From assembly GCF_009914755.1 (NCBI RefSeq), contig NC_060938.1: a stretch of DNA of 64,000 nucleotides; one strand, given 5' to 3'. Positions 56,435-64,000 of this stretch are shown one piece after another. The position numbers and the translations under genes were made by a program. The notes below the pieces were generated by a model, which made no database searches, was not told the DNA's origin, and saw only the letters and a list, made by a program, of their open reading frames with translations. How positions within the stretch are numbered: position 1 is the first letter of the stretch; every line of letters starts with the position of its first letter. The DNA comes from the human T2T-CHM13v2.0 reference genome, Homo sapiens.

Positions 56435-56928
56435 TGATATTAGTTAGAAATTGCTTTCAGCTGCTACCAATAGCTGAAAAAGGATTATTATACTGCTTTA
56501 AACAACTAAGATTTCATTCTCCTATATAATAGCATTCTGGAAACAGCAGTTTAAAGCTGTTTGATGGCTCTGCATAGTACCACCAGGGCCTAAGCTTCTT
56601 ACAGTTTTCTCTTCTACACAAATGTTTTCCATTATCCATGTACCTCTTAGTCTGCAATAGCTGCAGGGATTCCAGCCATTACATCTCCCACACAGGCAGT
56701 CTCAGCTTCCATAACCTTTCAAAAAGGACTAAGAGGCTTTCATTTAGATCTTATTGGCCAGTCACATGGCCAAACCTGTTTTAAGGTGTTTAAGAATTTA
56801 GATTGGCTCACTGTCTCTTCAGAGAAATCTGAGGTTCTTCTACAAGGGCAAAAATAAATAAATTAAATAAATAAATAAAACAGAAGGAAATGAATACTAT
56901 TAGTACTTAGCAATCTCTGTCTGTTACA
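56435..56928 (-). mobile_element. Old MLT1 LTR (MLT1J/K-like)
   Basis: 'tagttagaaattgctttcagctgc...ttattggccagtcacatggccaaacct'. Confidence 0.6.
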
Positions 56929-58121
56929 GGCCAGGGCTGATAAAGTACTTTTTAGCCAGCAGGGCAAAGTCTAGAAACTGTGGTCTCAGTGAAGTGGATT
57001 GGATGAAGTGAGGAGGAAGCAGGGCAGTCCAGAGTAGCAAGCCTGTCTTAGATGCAGGGTGAATTCTTAATCACATATCTTTTCAATTTGGTTGCTTTCA
57101 AAGCTTCTGGTATATAGCTTACATTTAATTTTGTGGATTTAATTCTCCTCCCACTTCCCATCACTATCAATAAAAATCTTGGTAAGGGATAGACGCATGT
57201 CCCAAATGACATCCTACGGGACCGTGATTGAGGCTACAGTCACTTTGTCAAAAATTTCTGCATTTAAGATTCAATTATCTCAGGGTATTCCATACTTTTA
57301 GCACACCCCTTTCCTGTCTTGGACTTCTTTTCTTACCTAGTTTTACTTCTGTGTTTTCAGATGATGAATTGGTTGGATGTTGTGATATGTTGGTTCTGTC
57401 TTGACTCCCCTAGGCAATTTTGTTAAGTTCTATGTTAATTAATCCCAGCATGTGTAGTTATATATAGTTACCTAAGCTGATGAATGTATAATACCTAGAG
57501 ACACTGTTCTGAGGCACAAATGGGGCAATGTTAAAAATGCAGTACTCCTAATAAAACCCTTTGGTAGGAGACAAAACATCCCAGTGGGTTTAGTGGCTCT
57601 TATTCATATTAGTTTTATTTATAATTACATTAAAAGTGAAAATCATGACTTGCATTTTTATTACTCCTTCTTGCCCCAAGAGATTTTGTTTTAATTATTT
57701 AAAGTAGCTAAAACTTTAAAGGAATTACTTTATACATATTGATAGGTATCAAGCAGACAGCATCAAAAGGGAAGAAAGAAGACTGGAAAAATGAGAGTTA
57801 GATAGAAAATGGAAAGGAGCAAGGAAAATCATTCTGAGAAACCTAGGAAATAATGTTTTGGTTGGTAACTGAAATATTAATCTTTACCTTTGGGGGATAT
57901 TAGGTTATCGACAATGTTTGGGTTCAAAAAATTAGAGAGGAAAGAAGCTCCAATAGCATGCTCCTGTTTGTACTTCTAACAGCCTTACCCAGCACATAAC
58001 TCTATTTTGGGTCTGGTCTTACAGATATAAAGTTCATTTTATTGGGTACAGGCAATAGAGTTTTCCTTTTGCCTGTGGTGTGGTCTTAAGAGTTTCATTT
58101 TGCCTTCTCAAACAACTCAAA

Positions 58122-58282
58122 TCCAGGGTAGCAGGTTTAGGATTGGCTTAGTTTGAATAGGATTAGTTTGAATAAGTTCAGCAGAGGGACATCTGTAGTT
58201 GTCTGGTACCTGGCTTTGAGGGATTGGAAATGGTAGATAGTGGCCCTGAGCGTGAACACTAAAGAAGGTGGGCCATCCACTC
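58122..58282 (-). mobile_element. MER74/MER76-like ERV-L LTR fragment
   Basis: 'gcaggtttaggattggcttagtttgaat...gttgtctggtacctggc', homologous to 59430-59545. Confidence 0.6.
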
Positions 58283-59247
58283 ATGCCAGCCTTCCTCAGG
58301 AGCTAGAAATTCCCATGATACAGAAATTTGAAGGAACAAAAACATTTGCTTTTTGGCACTTGGAGGAAGTGGCTCAGTTGATGAATATTTCAGCTATCAC
58401 AAGAAAGAATACTGAGACTAAAACACAGAATTGAGATACTTCAGGAAAATGGCAAACTGCTTGATATGCAAACATGAGCATTTCTCAGATCCAGAAGTGG
58501 GAAGTGATGTCTCCTGCCTCGAAGTCACTCTTAGGAAAGAAAACAGTTGGAGGAAAAGAGAAGCCAACATATGGCAGGTGTGACCAGCAGAGATGTGAAT
58601 GTTGCCAACCCGAACGTCCAAAATAGACTGTCCTTGCTTTTATTCATCTCCTAAAATATTTCTACATGTAAATCACCCACAACTATGTCAGATCACAAGA
58701 CAGTTGCAGTTATATTTAATTTTATTTAACTATAATCATAATGAACAGTATTTATATGTCAGTACAAAATACATTTTATTCTCAACCAAACGTTTTGTCA
58801 AAGGATGAAGGTCTAAGAGCAGTCAAACTCAGAATTAAGAATTAAGTTTCTAACTTGGGAATAAGGGTAGTTCTGTTACAAGCAAACTACAATGTTCGAA
58901 GTACACAATTTAAAAGAAAATGTAAAAACTATAAATAATAGAAATTAGGCAAAGAGAAGTAAGTTCCGATTGCTATCAAAACATTCACATTTTACATATT
59001 TAGTGAACGAAATGTGAACATCTTATATTTATATATAAATATTATACATTTTGTTTATCATAGTTGATTACATAAATAATACTTGAAATGTGTTTGTGTA
59101 TATACGTATATGTGTGTGTGTTCATTTATTTATTTATTTGGCATTTATTACTTTTACAGGTACCATAGTAGGGACTGGAAATTCAACGTGAAAAAAAGAA
59201 GTTAAATCTCTGCTGCCTTAAAATGTAAGTTACATTATTTTTTAAGC

Positions 59248-59709
59248 ATGAAGACAACTGCTGTTGAAAAGATAGCTTGCTATACTCACATATCCCATGA
59301 GGAGGGGACAGGCCACCTCATGGGGCCACACGGAAGCACTGGGGTCTGACAGGAGGCAGAGGGGGCTGGTGAAAATGTAGCAAGAGTCTTTAATGTGGTT
59401 TTTGTTAGGAGAAGCACGGGGCAGAAAGTTCAGGTTTCAATAAGTTCAGCAGGCTCTGGGCAGAAGAGCTGTCCCTCATTGTATGGTACCTGGCTTTGAG
59501 TGATTAGAAATGATCCTGAGTGTGAGAGCCTGCTAGAGAAGGTGATCTAAGGTGCTGCCTCTGGATTGGTTGGCTTGCATATTAGAGGAGCTGGGAGTAG
59601 TTTATTTCTAGGAATTAGGTAACCCTAAAGGGGCCACGCCTCCAGTGATAACACTGTCCCAGATGTCAAAGCATCAAAATACATAAAACAAAAAGCCATG
59701 ATTCATACA
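59248..59709 (-). mobile_element. MER74/MER76-like ERV-L LTR inserted in L2
   Basis: End 'cccagatgtcaaagcatcaaaatac...catgattcataca'. L2 text lies on both sides (about 59120-59240 and 59710-60230). Confidence 0.7.
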
Positions 59710-61805
59710 GCTATGTACCAGGAGTTTGTTGCATAGCAGAAAGTCACATAATAAACATTTGATTACCATAAACTGAAATAGTGGAAATGGTGAGAAATTC
59801 TATAAGGCATTTATAGAGGAAGGACATATTCTAGACCAGCAATCAGAGAATACTTCCTTGAAATAACATCTAAACCAAGTCTTAAGGAGTATAGAAGGCA
59901 AAAGGGGGATGGAGTGTGGCTAGAAGGAGAGGGGCAGAGTTGACAGCATGTGCTGTGACCTAGACTTATGGGTGTGTTTGGGAGGATGAGTGTCATAAAG
60001 GAGTATAATATGACTAGAGTACACAGCATGGGGTGAATTAACTAGAGAAAGATCATTAGTCAGACATCAACTATTTACTGAACATCTCTTAGGTATCAAG
60101 CTTCTGCTATGAACTAGAGTTTGATGATGTGGGAAGGGCACAACTGTGGACAGCCTTGGAATTCATGTAAAGGAGCTCAAATTTTATCCTAAGTGCAAAG
60201 GGAATCCATTGAGTGGTTTTCAGGGGCAGAAGGAAAGGTTGTGTTGCAAAATGGGGATTTGATATTATCATGTAATTCCAGAGCTAGCTCTGGGATTCAT
60301 TGAGCAAGAAAAAAAGAATTGACAGCAAGTGGTAGGGCAAAGGTTTACTTTGAAACGTGTTGGGTTCCTTGATTTTGCATACATGTTCTTTAACAATGGA
60401 GTCTGTAGTATGTTTTAAAGTTTGTCAAGAGAGTTGAGGCTGGGCTATAGGACATCATTGTGGCTGCTATTATCTCAATAGCAAAGGAAATGTTTTATCT
60501 GCTCTTTCATCTTGTGAATGTATTCTCAGTGCAAGTGGAAAATGATAAATTAAAAAGCATCTTTCAAGGTTGTGAAGCTGATTATTGCCTGTTTGGCAGC
60601 AATGTTGTTTTTCTCTTTATTTTTTTGTACAAAGGGAGGAATTGAATCAAAACCTTAAAAACTGCTAAAGGCATGAGTTTGGTTGTTTGCTCTTGAAGTA
60701 TCTAAGTAAATTTGGGTTTTTAATAACTTTATGACAACAACCACTTGTTGAGGGCTCTCAAGAATTTTAACTGTATTACCACATTCATCCTCTCTGCAAC
60801 TCTGCAAGGTAGGTAAAGGATAGGAATAACAATTTGATAACAGAGGTTGTTGGGGATTAATTTTAAACAGGAAAAACTGCTATTCAAACCAAGCTCAACC
60901 TACACAAAATCCCAGGCTTTTCACTTCCATATTATGGATCCTGCCTCCAGTGTGCGGCATCGTATAACCCATAGTCCACGGGTAAGAGAAAACCTCACAG
61001 CTAGGAATCTTGTGGCATAATTCACAACACACACTGAGGGCATCTGTTAGGTCACAGCACAGTTCCTGGCCTTGTCACCCTTATAACATTCAATTTAATT
61101 GGTGCTTTCCAGTGGCAATCATCTCATTTAGGCCTTTGCAAGGATAACCCAGTTTCCTATATGAGCTTCTGTCCATTCCATCCAGATGAATAGGTGCTGT
61201 TTACCAAGATTGCTGGAGAAAGCCAAGCAGTGGGAGCCAATGAAGTCTTCCCAACATGGTAACGATTCTAAGTGACACCCTAGGCCTCATGATATTTCTA
61301 TGGTGGGGGTGGGGGGAGTATATCTTAAAGATTTATTTTCAGTCACTTAAATGACCCTCATTCTTTAATTCCAGTGCCTTCGGTAGGGTAACAAATAGCC
61401 AAATCATCATAAAAGAAATTAAAATCCAGGGGAAATAAATAATCCCTGCTAGAAAATGTCCTCGGGTATGCCAGAAAGCTAAAATGCAAAGGTTCCAATT
61501 AGTAGCCACTCATGTGTTTTAGCTTTTCAAAATACATTTTCCCTTTTGTTTATTACAGTCACTTCATAAATGTCAAGGAAATTTCTTACAAATTGCAAGA
61601 AAAAACAAAGGACAGAAAGAATGAAAGACAGATTATCTAATAAGAACCCATTTCTGAAAATTTAATTTACTTATAGAGTTTATGAAACAAAATTTTATTG
61701 GATCGTGTTCCTTTAGGAGAAAAGATAATTTTACCTAAACTTCATAGTCATATAGAATTTGCAGCTACTCCTATGAAAGAGTGCAGGTAAGGATTCTACT
61801 GTCTC

Positions 61806-62274
61806 AGCTGGCAAAGCATTATTTCTGGATGTATCAGTGAGGGTGTTTCTGGAGGAGATTGGCATGCGAGTCAATGGCCTGAATGGGGAAGATCTGCCCT
61901 CAAGATGGGCAGACACCATCCAATCAGCTGAGGGCCTGGATAGAACAAAAGCAGAGGAAAGGCAAATTTTTCTTTCTCTCTCATGGAGCTAGAATATCTT
62001 TCTTCTCTTGCCCTTAGACACCCATACTTGAGATTCTCCAGCCTCTGGACTCCAGGACTTCCACTAGTAGTCTACCAACCCCACCTCCCAAGTTCTCAGG
62101 CCTTCAGCTCCAGACTAAGAGTTACACCATCAGCTTCTGTGATTCTGAGGCTTTCAAATTTGTACTGAGCCAGCCATATTGCTGAATCCCTGTGTCTCCA
62201 GCTTGTACACAGCCTGTTGTGGGACTTCTCAACCTTCATAATTACATGAGCCAATTCCCCTAACTAATCCCCTC

Positions 62275-62313
<39 letters not shown>

Positions 62314-62362
62314 CATCCATCCATTCTACTGTTGCTGTCTCTCTCTGGAGAACCCTAACTAT
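61806..62362 (+). mobile_element. MLT2B LTR lacking its first ~50 nt
   Basis: 'gtgagggtgtttctggaggagattggcat...gaagatctgccctcaa...ctctctggagaaccctaacta'. Confidence 0.88.
62275..62322. repeat. (ATCT)9(ATCC)3 tetranucleotide STR
   Basis: Read directly. Confidence 0.93.
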
Positions 62363-62449
62363 TGCCCAACTGCACTGACGCATAGCTCCCTATTTACATT
62401 GTTACATTGTGTACAGCAGGTCATAGTCTGGAAAGTATCATTTAAAATG

Positions 62450-62985
62450 CACCAGTGACCAATTAGACCACATATCACCAATGACTTCAGATCCTGTCTC
62501 TCTTGCCTGTCTCTGGTTCCAGCTGCTACTGCTGCCTTGCTGCACATGGGCTCCCACCAATTGCAGGGAAGTGCCACCTGCCCCCACCTCACCTCCTGCC
62601 TAGGCTACATAATCCTCCACCTCCCTAGTATTTCTGTTGATGTGAAGAAGTGAACATCAACAAGCAAGACCCTATTGCAGCTTGTACAACTTCAACCTGG
62701 AAGTGCTAGGAACTTGATGGATGCCCAGCAGGGCGAAACTTTGACCAGTGGGAGATGAGAACAGTAGATTACTTCTTCCCTCATCCACCTCACTGAACTC
62801 TGAGACAAAGTGCCTTTTTGGAGGACGTTCTCCAGACCCAGAAATCAGCTGCATTCTTAGTTGCCTGTTTCATTTTCTCTGCCTCACTCCCCTTGTCCAT
62901 CACTCCTGCCCTCCAGGGCTGGCCAGCCAAGCAATAGCACACAGTACTGCTTCAGGCTCTGCTTTATGGGAAACCCAGACATTTC
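62450..62985 (+). mobile_element. LTR16-like ERV-L LTR
   Basis: 'aaactttgaccagtgggagatgag' and terminal 'tcaggctctgctttatgggaaacccag'. Confidence 0.65.
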
Positions 62986-63419
62986 CATGAATATCTTATT
63001 TCAATTATTTATATCTATACAGCATGTTTACCAAAGTACTTTTAGAATAATATTTCATTGAAACTTTTAATAAGAGGTTTTAGAAAGAAAGTCAATGAGA
63101 ATAACTAATTCATGCCCATGATAAAGTATAAACCAATTATGCAAAACAGATAAATTCAAGCTTCTCAAAGTTACATGGGTATAATCCATGCAGCTCTCCT
63201 GGGTTTTAACCACTAAGCCTCCCCTTCTTAGGTGTACTCTTCAGATACCACCATCCTTGTGTTTAAAATAAGAATTTCTGCCCATTTTTCATCCTTATTG
63301 CCTTCTTTGTTTTGTTCTCCGTCTCCTCCTTTTCATGTATTTTTTTTCAAAGAGGTTTCATATTCCCTTGTTTTACAGTCAATGTCCTAGACATATCCTG
63401 TCTTAAAAGTACTGTATGT

Positions 63420-63625
63420 CGATTGGGTATAGAGAATGACTATCTAGGTTCATAATTTCACCTCTGACACTAATAAACTTTGTGGTCTCGCATGAGTTGC
63501 TTAATTTCCCTGGATTTTTTCTCATCTGTAAAATTATGATAAAAATAATACCTACATCAAGACTACATAAAGATTATGTATAAATTCAATTAGAGCAATG
63601 CCTAGCAAATATTAAACCTATAACC
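63420..63625 (+). mobile_element. MIR
   Basis: 'ttctcatctgtaaaattatgataaaaataatacctac' MIR core. Confidence 0.7.
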
Positions 63626-63812
63626 ATATATTTGTTGACTTCTTTCACTTTTGCTACTATAATTCTTTGAAGAGAGGGAAGAATCACAACTTTAAGGTTA
63701 GAAACACTTGTATTCAAACCCCAGTATACAACTGGAGAGTTGCTTCACCTGAGCAAGTGATTTAACCAACTCTGCAAGTGGACTTAATGTCATGTTCCCT
63801 TGTGAACTCCCA

Positions 63813-64000
63813 TAGATCCACAGTCCTTTATCTGAAACCCTTGGCAATGGGATGTGTTTAGTAATTCAAAGTTGGTCATAATTTAGAAATGTAATAAGGT
63901 ACACATACAGTATACATTAAATAACACCCCCAGCTGGGGACTGGAACAGTGCCTAGTAATCAAACACAGTAACATTTCTACTGAAAAACTTATGAAAATG
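63813..64000 (+). mobile_element. MER46C-like TcMar-Tigger DNA transposon, running off the window end
   Basis: 'gatccacagtcctttatctgaaacccttgg...aacacccccagctgggg...gtaatcaaacac'. Confidence 0.75.

Overview
This is primate genomic DNA, almost certainly human: it carries a consensus-perfect AluYa5 at 36273-36579. It is AT-rich, CpG-poor and dominated by interspersed repeats. I find no protein-coding gene, RNA gene or CRISPR array. The ORF-track entries are repeat-derived or chance ORFs. The only recognisable protein remnants are the L1 ORF2p C-terminus (28.2-28.6 kb) and a decayed ERV-L integrase plus dUTPase (14.4-15.9 kb). The window holds about 15 Alus or Alu fragments, L1/L2/L3/MIR fragments and three DNA transposons. 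It also has a varied set of LTR elements: a solo HERV-H LTR7, a solo MER41B, a full-length THE1C, and THE1B/D, MER67, MER34/39, MER31, MLT1/MLT2, LTR16 and MER74/76-like copies, several of them nested. I did not find a novel biological system. The items most worth checking are a ~50-bp templated insertion inside a microsatellite, a 123-bp tandem duplication across an LTR end, STAT-site turnover in MER41B, a possible LTR7-driven spliced lncRNA, the young AluYa5 and two motif-dense unique segments. Subfamily names come from my recollection of consensus sequences, not from a database search.
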